Shown: positions 44,337-52,499 of the stretch, in pieces | Layout: each line of letters opens with the position of its first letter | Position numbering within the stretch: position 1 is the first letter of the stretch | Source of the DNA: an uncultured Campylobacterales bacterium | GTDB lineage: Bacteria > Campylobacterota > Campylobacteria > Campylobacterales > JAADDG01 | Direction: 5' to 3' | DNA length: 60,050 bases | Assembly (NCBI GenBank): GCA_964450755.1 | Contig: CAYVDJ010000118.1 | Span: forward strand, 1-60,050 | The notes under the pieces: generated by a model | What the model was told of the DNA's origin: nothing | The model's input: only the letters and a program-made list of their open reading frames with translations | Databases searched by the model: none | Program-made: the position numbers and the translations under genes

Positions 44337-45542
44337 TCAGTCAAAATGAAGTAAATCTTTGGCCTGGATCATATCTTTGTCTCCACGCCCTGAAAGGTTT
44401 ACAATAATAAGAGAATTTTCTATCTGCTCTTTTGGCATCTTTTTAAGATATGCTATGGCATGAGAACTTTCAAAAGCCGGAATTATCCCCTCTTTTTGAG
44501 AAAGCCAGACAAAGGCATCTATCGCCTCTTTGTCCGTTATAGAGTTATAGTATGCCGCTTTTATATCTTTTAGATAGGAGTGTTCAGGTCCGATTCCGGG
44601 ATAGTCAAGACCTGCCGAAACAGAGTGGGCTTCAAGTATCTGTCCCTCTTCATCCTGCAAAAGATAACTCATCTGACCATGCAGTACACCGGGACTTCCC
44701 TTTGCCAGACTTGCACCGTGTTTATCAGTATCAAGTCCCAGCCCTCCGGCTTCTATACCGATACATTTAACTTCATCCTCTTCCAAAAAGTGGCTGAATA
44801 TCCCCATCGCATTGCTTCCGCCTCCGATACAGGCTATGATATAGTCTGGAAGTCTGTTTTCTTTTGCCATAATCTGGGCTTTTGCCTCATAACCGATAAT
44901 TGCCTGAAAATCCCTCACCATCATCGGATAGGGATGGGGACCTGCCACTGTTCCTATGATGTAAAAGGTATCTCTTGCATTTGTTACCCAGTGTCTTATC
45001 GCATCGTTCATCGCATCTTTCAAAGTTCTGCTTCCGCTTTTTACGGAGTGTACTTTTGCTCCCAAAAGTTTCATACGAAAGACATTTAACTCCTGCCTTT
45101 TTACATCTTTTTCACCCATAAATATTTCACATTCCAATCCCAAAAGCGCAGCTATCGTTGCCGTAGCCACTCCGTGCTGTCCTGCACCGGTTTCGGCTAT
45201 AACTTTCTTTTTGCCCAGCCTTTTGGCAAGAAGTCCCTGGATTATGGTATTGTTCACTTTATGAGCACCTGTATGATTTAGATCTTCTCTTTTTAGGTAT
45301 ATCTTTGCATTTAACTCTTTTGAGATATTTTCGGCATAAAACAAAGGAGACGGTCTTCCCACATAGTCTTTTAGATAGTAGCGAACTTCTCTCCAAAAGT
45401 CTTTGTCAAAACGGATTTTTTCATACTCCTCTTCAAGCTCCAGCAAAACAGGCATCAGAGTTTCAGGCACAAACCGTCCTCCAAATATCCCAAAATGTCC
45501 ATTTGAATCGGGATCAAATCCCGAAGGTTTGGGAATATACAT
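44337..45542 (-). CDS. trpB: tryptophan synthase beta chain
   Basis: [25 protein letters not shown] (PLP lysine) and GGGSNAMG. No trpA is adjacent. Confidence 0.95.
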   Translation of the reverse strand: MYIPKPSGFDPDSNGHFGIFGGRFVPETLMPVLLELEEEYEKIRFDKDFWREVRYYLKDYVGRPSPLFYAENISKELNAKIYLKREDLNHTGAHKVNNTIIQGLLAKRLGKKKVIAETGAGQHGVATATIAALLGLECEIFMGEKDVKRQELNVFRMKLLGAKVHSVKSGSRTLKDAMNDAIRHWVTNARDTFYIIGTVAGPHPYPMMVRDFQAIIGYEAKAQIMAKENRLPDYIIACIGGGSNAMGIFSHFLEEDEVKCIGIEAGGLGLDTDKHGASLAKGSPGVLHGQMSYLLQDEEGQILEAHSVSAGLDYPGIGPEHSYLKDIKAAYYNSITDKEAIDAFVWLSQKEGIIPAFESSHAIAYLKKMPKEQIENSLIIVNLSGRGDKDMIQAKDLLHFD

Positions 45543-46100
45543 CTAATCTATCTCCAATATCGAATAAATTTCAGTCATTTTTACCAATTCTTCATCACCT
45601 TTTAGAAATTTTAGATTTATCAAAAAACATCCCTCTATGCAGTTGGCACCCGATTTGTTTATGAGATTTACGGCAGCTTTTGCCGTACCTCCGGTAGCTA
45701 TGAGATCATCTATCAAAAGAACATTGGGTTTTTCTTTATCAACTGTTTTAAAAGCGTCTATATGAATCTCTATCTCATCAAATCCGTACTCCAAAGAGTA
45801 CTTCTCTCCCACCGTCGTATATGGAAGTTTGCCAACTTTTCTTATCGGAACAAATCTGTTACCCAGTCTTGCCGCAAGTGCCGCACCGAAGATAAAACCT
45901 CTGCTCTCAATTCCCGCGATGTAATCAATCTCTTTTTCTTTGTATCTTGCCTCAAGATGATCCATCAATAAGGAAAACGCCTCTTTGTTATTCAAAAGAG
46001 TAGTAATATCCTTGAAATTGACTCCGGGCTTTGGAAAATCTTTGATAGTTCTAATCGAGCTTAAAAGATAAGCCCTGTCTTCATCTCTTAATATTTTCAT
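45543..46100 (-). CDS. apt: adenine phosphoribosyltransferase
   Basis: FKDITTLL and the PRPP motif [14 protein letters not shown]. Confidence 0.95.
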   Translation of the reverse strand: MKILRDEDRAYLLSSIRTIKDFPKPGVNFKDITTLLNNKEAFSLLMDHLEARYKEKEIDYIAGIESRGFIFGAALAARLGNRFVPIRKVGKLPYTTVGEKYSLEYGFDEIEIHIDAFKTVDKEKPNVLLIDDLIATGGTAKAAVNLINKSGANCIEGCFLINLKFLKGDEELVKMTEIYSILEID

Positions 46101-46108
46101 ATTAACCC

Positions 46109-46192
46109 TTATTTAAAAATTGCAATTTTCAGATATATGAATATACCAAAAAGCAAAGCAAACCCTATGTAAGATACCATCTCTATTCCCAT
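46109..46192 (-). CDS. possible 27-aa hydrophobic micro-protein (not in the ORF track)
   Basis: My own reverse-strand reading gives [32 protein letters not shown] lies 7 nt upstream of the ATG. It fills the otherwise empty gap between two minus-strand genes. Confidence 0.25.
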   Translation of the reverse strand: MGIEMVSYIGFALLFGIFIYLKIAIFK

Positions 46193-46202
46193 CACTTATC
46201 CT

Positions 46203-46535
46203 TTATAAAAGAGCTTCTATCTTTCCTTCTAGCTCATTGATTTTTCTGTTAAGTTTTTCGTTTTCAACTCTGTATTGAGAATTTCTTATACGAAGAGCTT
46301 TTATATCATTTTTAACTTTGTTGAGTTCATTATTTAAAAGATCGATATCTCCTAACGATCTTTGCAGTTGCATCTGATATTTTCTTATCATTATCTCCGC
46401 ATCTTCAAGTGTCGTTTGGATAATTTTGTTGTTTTTTCTCTCCTTTTTCAGAAGGGACTGCGTATATAACATCATAATCAAAAGATATATAACGGCAAAT
46501 ACAAAAACGGTTAGAATAAACCAGTTTAAAAACAT
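46203..46535 (-). CDS. membrane-anchored coiled-coil protein, unknown function
   Basis: N-terminal TM segment (FILTVFVFAVIYLLIMMLY) followed by heptad-like LNNELNKVKNDIKALR...KLNRKINELEGKIEAL. It abuts the rpiB stop. Confidence 0.4.
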   Translation of the reverse strand: MFLNWFILTVFVFAVIYLLIMMLYTQSLLKKERKNNKIIQTTLEDAEIMIRKYQMQLQRSLGDIDLLNNELNKVKNDIKALRIRNSQYRVENEKLNRKINELEGKIEALL

Positions 46536-46973
46536 CTAGTCTGTTTCTATCTTTTTTACTCTGTCAGCATGTCTTCCGCCTTGAAATTCAGACTCACACC
46601 ATGCTTTGCAGATAGACTCTATGACTCCGAGTCCTACCACTCTTTGTCCAAAACACAAAACATTGGCATCATTGTGTTCTCTTGCCATTTGAGCGGTATA
46701 GGCATCATGACAAAGAGCCGCTCTTATGCCTTTGTGTTTGTTGGCACTCAGACTCATACCTATTCCGGTTCCGCAGATGAGTACTCCAAAACTCCCCTCT
46801 TCTTCCAAAACCCGACGACTCAGTTTATGGGCAAAATCGGGATAATCAACTCTGTTGGATGAATCGGGTCCCAGATCCGTAACCTCATTTCCCAAACTCT
46901 CCAATATCTTTATAACATCATCTTTTATAGCAAAACCCGCATGATCCGTTGCGATATAAAATCTCACTTTCAA
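46536..46973 (-). CDS. rpiB: ribose 5-phosphate isomerase B
   Basis: ATDHAGF, GVLICGTGIGMSLSANK and HDANVLCFG. 145 aa. Confidence 0.9.
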   Translation of the reverse strand: MKVRFYIATDHAGFAIKDDVIKILESLGNEVTDLGPDSSNRVDYPDFAHKLSRRVLEEEGSFGVLICGTGIGMSLSANKHKGIRAALCHDAYTAQMAREHNDANVLCFGQRVVGLGVIESICKAWCESEFQGGRHADRVKKIETD

Positions 46974-47104
46974 CCTCTTGTTTTAGTTTTATGAGATTAT
47001 AACATATTTCTTACTTTTTTTATATGCAAACCAAAATAGCAAAATTATTGAATTTAATAATAAAAAAGTTATAATATGCTTAGATAGTTTAAAAGGATTT
47101 TGCT

Positions 47105-50100
47105 ATGAGAATAATATTTTATATTTTGTTTATTTTAAATTCTATTTTTGGCTCTGTTTACACCGTTACCAAAAGTTCAGATACCAACGACGGTATCTGC
47201 GACAAAGACTGCTCTTTGAGAGAGGCTGTTGTAGCTGCAAACAAACATGAGGGATTTGATGTGATAAAAATTCCCGCAGGAGAATACAGACTCACTATAA
47301 AAGGTCTAAAAGAGCTTTACGGAGAAAAAGGCGATCTCAATATCAATGATGATCTCTATATCATGGGAGACGGAAAAGATAAAACCGTTATCACGGGAAC
47401 AAAAGATGACAGGGTATTTTATATAGATACCTTTTCAAAGGGAAAGAGGGTCAAACTCTTTGGTCTTACTGTCAGAAATGGCAAAAGCGATTACGGCGGC
47501 GGTATATTGAGCAATGGAGATTTGACACTTGAAAATGTCAAAATCACAGACAACGAGGCAAACAACGGCGGCGGCATACTGAGTTCATCCTCATTAACTA
47601 TCCAAAACTGCGATATTTTAAACAACAGTGCAAGAACCACCGGTGAGTTAAGTAACGGCTTTGGAGGCGGAGTGTTTGCAAAAAATCTCATCATTATCAA
47701 AAACTCCATTTTAAACAACAACTTTTCAGACAGAGACGGAGGAGCGATTTACGCCAAAACAGACAGCAATCTGACGATAGAACAATCCTCTTTTATCCAA
47801 AATACAAGCTCTTCCAACGGAGGAGCGATCTTCACAAATGCCAAAGCACTCATAACAGATACGGTTTTTGAAAAAAACGAGGCAAATGACGGTGGAGCGA
47901 TAGCCGATCACCAAAAGGCAGATATTACGATTAATAACGGCAGATTTTTACAAAATCATGCAAAAGGGGAAGACCTCGGCGGTGGAGGAGCGCTTTTTAA
48001 TTATCAAGGAACCATAACGATAGACAGATCTCTGTTTGATGCAAACAGTGCGCTTGGAGAGGGTGGCGGAGCTATCGAAAATACCGGAACTTTGCATCTT
48101 TTTAACTCTATTTTGAGAAACAATGAAGCTCTTTTTCACAGCAGCTCTTCACTGCCTGACAATACAAGCTACGGTTTTGGAGGAGCGATGCTGCTCATAA
48201 AAGGATCTTCCAATATACTTGAAAATATAAGATTTACAAACAATACCGCCAATATAAGCGGAGGTGCGATCTATAATGATGTAGAATCAGACTTAACGAT
48301 AGAAGATTCTTCGTTTATCCAAAATGAAGCTTTAAACAAATATGGAGGAGCCATAATAAACGAAGGCTTTTTAAATATCAAAAGATCCCTCATCTCACAA
48401 AACAAAGCAAAACTTTTGGGAGGCGGAATCTCTACAAGCACGGCAGAAGCCACACTCACAGATACAACCATACAGGATAACAACAGCTCCAAAAACGGGG
48501 GAGGATTATACAACTCGCCAAAATCAAAACAGATGAATTTATACAACTGCAAAATTTTATCAAACAATGCCAAAGAGTATGGAGGAGGAGTACTTAACCA
48601 ATCAAAACTCTATATGATCTTTTGCAATCTTGAAAAAAACTACGCTGTCAAAAGCGGTGGAGCCATCTATAATGATATGGAGAGTTTTATCGATATAAAC
48701 AGCTCTCTCATCTCTCAAAACAGCGTCGATACAAACGGAGGAGGGATATGGAATCTAGGTACCATTTTCCTAAAACAGAGTCAAATCACCGATAACAAAG
48801 CCTCACAAATCGGAGGAGGTATCGTAAATTCAAGAGGAAAATTAACTCTGATACAATCTACTCTCTCCAAAAACAGCGCCCAAAGCGGAGGAGCATTTGG
48901 CAACTATCACGGAGCTGTTTTAAATATAGAAGACTCTACGATAAATTCCAACTATGCGATAAACGGCTACGGAGGAGGAGTCATAAACTCCCAAAGTACG
49001 CTAAATATCAAAAATTCAACGATTACTCTAAACAGTGCCAATTTGGGAGGAGCTGTCTCAAACAATGACAAAGATGCAAATATAACTCTCACTCATGTAA
49101 CGATTGCTCTAAATTCAGCCACCCAAAACACAGGCGCTCTTTTAAATTATCAGGGAAATATAGATATAACAAACAGTCTGATAGAGGGAAAGTGTAACAA
49201 TCAAGGAGAGATAAACTCTTTTGGAGGAAATATCGAATCTCCCTCAAATACATGCTCTTTGAATAACACAGATGATCTGTACGAAATATCCGAACTTCTT
49301 TTAAAAGGGCTTGAAAACAACGGAGGTTACACCAAAACAATGGCTCTTGATGAACAAAGTATCGCACTAAACAGGGCAAAAGAGTCTTACTGCCTCTCTG
49401 CGGACGAGAGAGGAGAAAAGCGTATGGAGTGCGATAGCGGAGCTTTTGAGATGACGGGGGATTTATCAAAACTCTCTCTTTTTATGAGCTACTCTTTGAA
49501 AAACGATGCAGACAAAAACGGAAAAATAAGTAAAAATGATACCGTTCACTATCAGGTAACAATCAAAAATATTTCAAACCAAAATGCCAGAAATGTTGTC
49601 TTTGAAAATCCCATCATCGAGGGTTCAACTATTCTGACAGACAGCATAAAAAGTGATGAAGGAGAGACGGAGGATAAAGATTTTTTCGTAAAAGTCAGAT
49701 TTTCAAAACTTACTCCTTCCAAAGAGGTTACAATCTCTTTTGATACGACAATCGATAAAAGAGATGAGGGAAATATAACAAATCAAGCGATACTTTCAGC
49801 CTCAAATGCCCCCAAAATCGATTTTTCCTTGAATATTCCCGTCTTTAGAGGCGATCCTTTGGAAGCTTTTATAGAGCGTTTTTATAAAAATATCCTCTCA
49901 AGAGAAGCGGACAAAGAGGGACTTAACTACTGGGTATCGACTCTGAAAAGCCGCTGCGCATCTTTTGTGGCGCTTGGATTTTTCAACTCAAAAGAGTTTA
50001 CGGACAAAGGGTTGAACAATGAGGAGTTTGTAAAGATACTTTATAAAACCCTGTTTGACAGAGAAGCTGACGGGGAGGGGTTGAGTCATTGGGTTTTTAT

Positions 50101-50563
50101 GTTGGAAAACGGCAAAACAAAAGAGGATGTGATGAGAGGTTTTTTTGCGGCAAAAGAGTTTAAAGATTTGACAGAAAAGTTCAATGTAAAAGATATAGAA
50201 AATGAAGCCCAAAAAGGGGGAATAGAGGGATTTATATCAAGATTTTACACTCTTGTTTTAGGAAGAGGAGTTGATAAAAGCGGTCTTGCCTACTGGATAG
50301 ATCAGATAAAAAGTTCCCAAAAAACACCCGCACAAGCAGCAATCGGTTTTTTTGCAAGTAAGGAGTACAGCGACAGACATCAAACCGACGAAGAGTTTAT
50401 AGATACACTCTATCACACCTTTTTTGACAGAAAAGCCGACGAAGGCGGTCAGGCATACTGGAGTAAAAAGTTAAAAGAGGGAGAAACAAGACTCGATATC
50501 GTAAAAGAATTTACATATACCAAAGAGTTTGGGGATATCGTGGAGAGTTTTGATATAACTTAA
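47105..50563 (+). CDS. large secreted protein: CSLREA-motif head, long Pmp-like (GGAI/GGGI) parallel beta-helix, DUF11-like Ig domain, four DUF4214-like units
   Basis: Signal peptide, then DGICDKDCSLREAVVAAN. There are more than 20 turns containing GGGI/GGAIYN/GGGVxN with NSA/NxA spacing. KNDTVHYQVTIKNISNQNARNVV resembles a conserved-repeat domain. C-terminus FIERFYKNILSREADKEGLNYW ... FIDTLYHTFFDRKADEGGQAYW. Confidence 0.75.
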   Translation: MRIIFYILFILNSIFGSVYTVTKSSDTNDGICDKDCSLREAVVAANKHEGFDVIKIPAGEYRLTIKGLKELYGEKGDLNINDDLYIMGDGKDKTVITGTKDDRVFYIDTFSKGKRVKLFGLTVRNGKSDYGGGILSNGDLTLENVKITDNEANNGGGILSSSSLTIQNCDILNNSARTTGELSNGFGGGVFAKNLIIIKNSILNNNFSDRDGGAIYAKTDSNLTIEQSSFIQNTSSSNGGAIFTNAKALITDTVFEKNEANDGGAIADHQKADITINNGRFLQNHAKGEDLGGGGALFNYQGTITIDRSLFDANSALGEGGGAIENTGTLHLFNSILRNNEALFHSSSSLPDNTSYGFGGAMLLIKGSSNILENIRFTNNTANISGGAIYNDVESDLTIEDSSFIQNEALNKYGGAIINEGFLNIKRSLISQNKAKLLGGGISTSTAEATLTDTTIQDNNSSKNGGGLYNSPKSKQMNLYNCKILSNNAKEYGGGVLNQSKLYMIFCNLEKNYAVKSGGAIYNDMESFIDINSSLISQNSVDTNGGGIWNLGTIFLKQSQITDNKASQIGGGIVNSRGKLTLIQSTLSKNSAQSGGAFGNYHGAVLNIEDSTINSNYAINGYGGGVINSQSTLNIKNSTITLNSANLGGAVSNNDKDANITLTHVTIALNSATQNTGALLNYQGNIDITNSLIEGKCNNQGEINSFGGNIESPSNTCSLNNTDDLYEISELLLKGLENNGGYTKTMALDEQSIALNRAKESYCLSADERGEKRMECDSGAFEMTGDLSKLSLFMSYSLKNDADKNGKISKNDTVHYQVTIKNISNQNARNVVFENPIIEGSTILTDSIKSDEGETEDKDFFVKVRFSKLTPSKEVTISFDTTIDKRDEGNITNQAILSASNAPKIDFSLNIPVFRGDPLEAFIERFYKNILSREADKEGLNYWVSTLKSRCASFVALGFFNSKEFTDKGLNNEEFVKILYKTLFDREADGEGLSHWVFMLENGKTKEDVMRGFFAAKEFKDLTEKFNVKDIENEAQKGGIEGFISRFYTLVLGRGVDKSGLAYWIDQIKSSQKTPAQAAIGFFASKEYSDRHQTDEEFIDTLYHTFFDRKADEGGQAYWSKKLKEGETRLDIVKEFTYTKEFGDIVESFDIT

Positions 50564-50592
50564 CCGATTTTAACACTCCTGTTTCAATCATT

Positions 50593-50624
50593 AAAAAAAT
50601 TGGCACGGCTTTGGCCGTGCTTTT
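50593..50624. terminator. bidirectional rho-independent terminator
   Basis: AAAAAAATTG-GCACGGC-TTTG-GCCGTGC-TTTT, between the convergent 1152-aa gene and yqeY. Confidence 0.7.
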
Positions 50625-50627
50625 ATA

Positions 50628-51074
50628 TCAAGACAACATCTCTTTGACGATGGTATTAATCCTTCTTCCCTCAGCGGCACCGGCTGTTTTTTTGATAACT
50701 GCTCCCATGACTTTTCCCATATCTTTCATGGAAGAGGCACCTGTATCTTCTATGACACTTTTTACTATCTCTTTTAGCTCTTCATCATCCAACTGTTTTG
50801 GCAGATAGGATTTCAAAAATTCAGCTTCTTTTGTCTCTTTTTCATAGAGATCTTCTCTTTGCGCCTCTTTGTACTGTTTTGCGGCATCTTCTCTTTGTTT
50901 TACAGATTTTTGGATAAGCTTTTGGATATCTTCATCGCTTAACTCTCTTCTTTCATCAACTTCCACCTGTTTAAGCGCACTCATCAAAAAACGGATCACA
51001 TCTCTTTTAAAAATATCTTTGGCTTTCATGGCCTCTTTTAGATCATTTTTCAACTGTTCTTTTAAATTACTCAT
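50628..51074 (-). CDS. yqeY: GatB/YqeY domain protein
   Basis: MSNLKEQLKNDLKEAMKAKD..KRDVIRFLMSALKQ...MGKVMGAV is the typical YqeY layout. 148 aa. Confidence 0.85.
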   Translation of the reverse strand: MSNLKEQLKNDLKEAMKAKDIFKRDVIRFLMSALKQVEVDERRELSDEDIQKLIQKSVKQREDAAKQYKEAQREDLYEKETKEAEFLKSYLPKQLDDEELKEIVKSVIEDTGASSMKDMGKVMGAVIKKTAGAAEGRRINTIVKEMLS

Positions 51075-51087
51075 TTTTTCTCCCTTT

Positions 51088-51104
51088 TGGAACTTTATTT
51101 GCTT
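51088..51104 (+). promoter_or_regulatory. sigma54 (RpoN) -24/-12 promoter upstream of flgH
   Basis: TGGAACTTTATTTGCTT. GG at 51089-51090 and GC at 51101-51102 give exact spacing and a near-perfect match to the Campylobacter/Helicobacter GGAAC-N6-TTGCTT form. Confidence 0.65.
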
Positions 51105-51140
51105 GTAATTTTATTACAATTGACTTTAAACGGAGTAAAA

Positions 51141-51857
51141 ATGAAAAAACTTTTTTCAATTATAATGATAAATTCCATGATATTTCTCTTTCTGGGTTGT
51201 TCCGTGCATCCTGTTGATCCCGTGATCGATATGAAACCTCCAAAGTATGTAGAACAGATTCCTCCCCGCATAAACAATAAAATACTCAATAACGAGGGAA
51301 GCCTTTTTGGCAAAGGAGACAACCCTCTCTTTTCTGACAGAACAGCCATGCACATAAACGATATCGTAACGGTTGTTATCAATGAAAATATCGCCCAGTC
51401 CTCCACCGGCAAGAAGAAACTGCAAAAAAACAACAACAACCAGTTGGGAGGCGGTTTGATGACTCCAAATTCCGGTGGTATAGCAAGTTCCATAGCAAAT
51501 ACAATCAACAGCGCTGCAAATATCGGCTTTAAAAGCAATTCAAGCAATATTTTTTCATCTTCGGGAGTTAATACCAGAAACGAAAAATTCACTACAACAA
51601 TAACTGCAAGAGTTATCAAGATACTTGGTAACGGAAACTATTTTATCGCAGGAAGCAGAGAACTTTTGGTAAACGGCAACAAACAGATCATCAAATTAAG
51701 CGGAGTCATAAGACCCTACGATATAGATCAAAAAAATACGATAGATTCAAAATATATAGCCGATGCGAAGATTTTATATCAGACAGAGGGAGATATCGAC
51801 GCTTCCACCACAAAACCATGGGGAGCGAAATTTATAGAAGCTGTTTCACCTTTTTAA
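51141..51857 (+). CDS. flgH: flagellar L-ring lipoprotein FlgH
   Basis: Lipobox MKKLFSIIMINSMIFLFLGCS. Also LFSDRTAMHINDIVTVVINE and LSGVIRPYDIDQKNTIDSKYIADAKI. ATG at 51141 with SD GGAG is preferred over the track TTG at 51087, which lies inside the promoter. Confidence 0.9.
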   Translation: MKKLFSIIMINSMIFLFLGCSVHPVDPVIDMKPPKYVEQIPPRINNKILNNEGSLFGKGDNPLFSDRTAMHINDIVTVVINENIAQSSTGKKKLQKNNNNQLGGGLMTPNSGGIASSIANTINSAANIGFKSNSSNIFSSSGVNTRNEKFTTTITARVIKILGNGNYFIAGSRELLVNGNKQIIKLSGVIRPYDIDQKNTIDSKYIADAKILYQTEGDIDASTTKPWGAKFIEAVSPF

Positions 51858-51886
51858 AAGCGGTGCAAAATACACCGCTTTTTTTA
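51856..51886. terminator. bidirectional terminator between flgH and hpf
   Basis: AAAAGCGGTG-CAAAATA-CACCGCTTTTTTT. It overlaps both stop codons. Confidence 0.65.
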
Positions 51887-52417
51887 ATATAAACCGTATT
51901 TGTTATCGCCTCTTTTGTAAAGAACGCGAAGTTTGTTGTCAGTATCGTTGAAAACCAGAAATTGTCTGCTGTCACTTTTTAAAATCTCCAAAGCCTCTTC
52001 TATATCCAAAGGTTTATAGAGATCCAACTCCATAGGGATTATCTCATCCACTTCATTATCAAAAGATTGTACAGAGAGTGTACCTTCTGTTAAAACTTCA
52101 GGTTTTACATGTTTTTTATCTTTTATCTTGTCATGATGTCTTCTTAGAACTTTTTTGGCTCTTTCAACTGCCAAATCGATAGCGGCATAAACATCTTTGT
52201 CTTTTTGTCTGATAACAACACTGTTTTTTTGCGGAAGATGGATAGTAAATTCTATACTGTATCCTTTTTTCCCGTTTTTTTCATCGGCAGATACTATAAC
52301 TTTGGTAGATATAATATCAAGATTATATTTTTTCAAAGACTCTACGGCACTTTCTATATAAGATTTGATAGAATCGGTAAGTTCAAACTGTCTTCCGACT
52401 AAACTTAAGTTCATCAT
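51884..52417 (-). CDS. hpf: ribosome hibernation promoting factor (long form)
   Basis: MNLSLVGRQFELTDSIKSYIE... followed by a C-terminal dimerisation domain (PLDIEEALEILKSDSRQFLVFNDTDNKLRVLYKR.DNKYGL). Confidence 0.9.
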   Translation of the reverse strand: MMNLSLVGRQFELTDSIKSYIESAVESLKKYNLDIISTKVIVSADEKNGKKGYSIEFTIHLPQKNSVVIRQKDKDVYAAIDLAVERAKKVLRRHHDKIKDKKHVKPEVLTEGTLSVQSFDNEVDEIIPMELDLYKPLDIEEALEILKSDSRQFLVFNDTDNKLRVLYKRGDNKYGLY

Positions 52418-52499
52418 ATATCCTTTCGGTTTGATTTTATATACATAAATATATCAAAAATTCTCTTAAAATGTTGTTATGAAAAAACCTGAAGCCTTT

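Noticed and set aside
51095-51619. 174-aa minus-strand ORF opposite flgH
   Set aside because: flgH on the plus strand has a lipobox, conserved L-ring motifs and its own sigma54 promoter. The antisense ORF has none of these.
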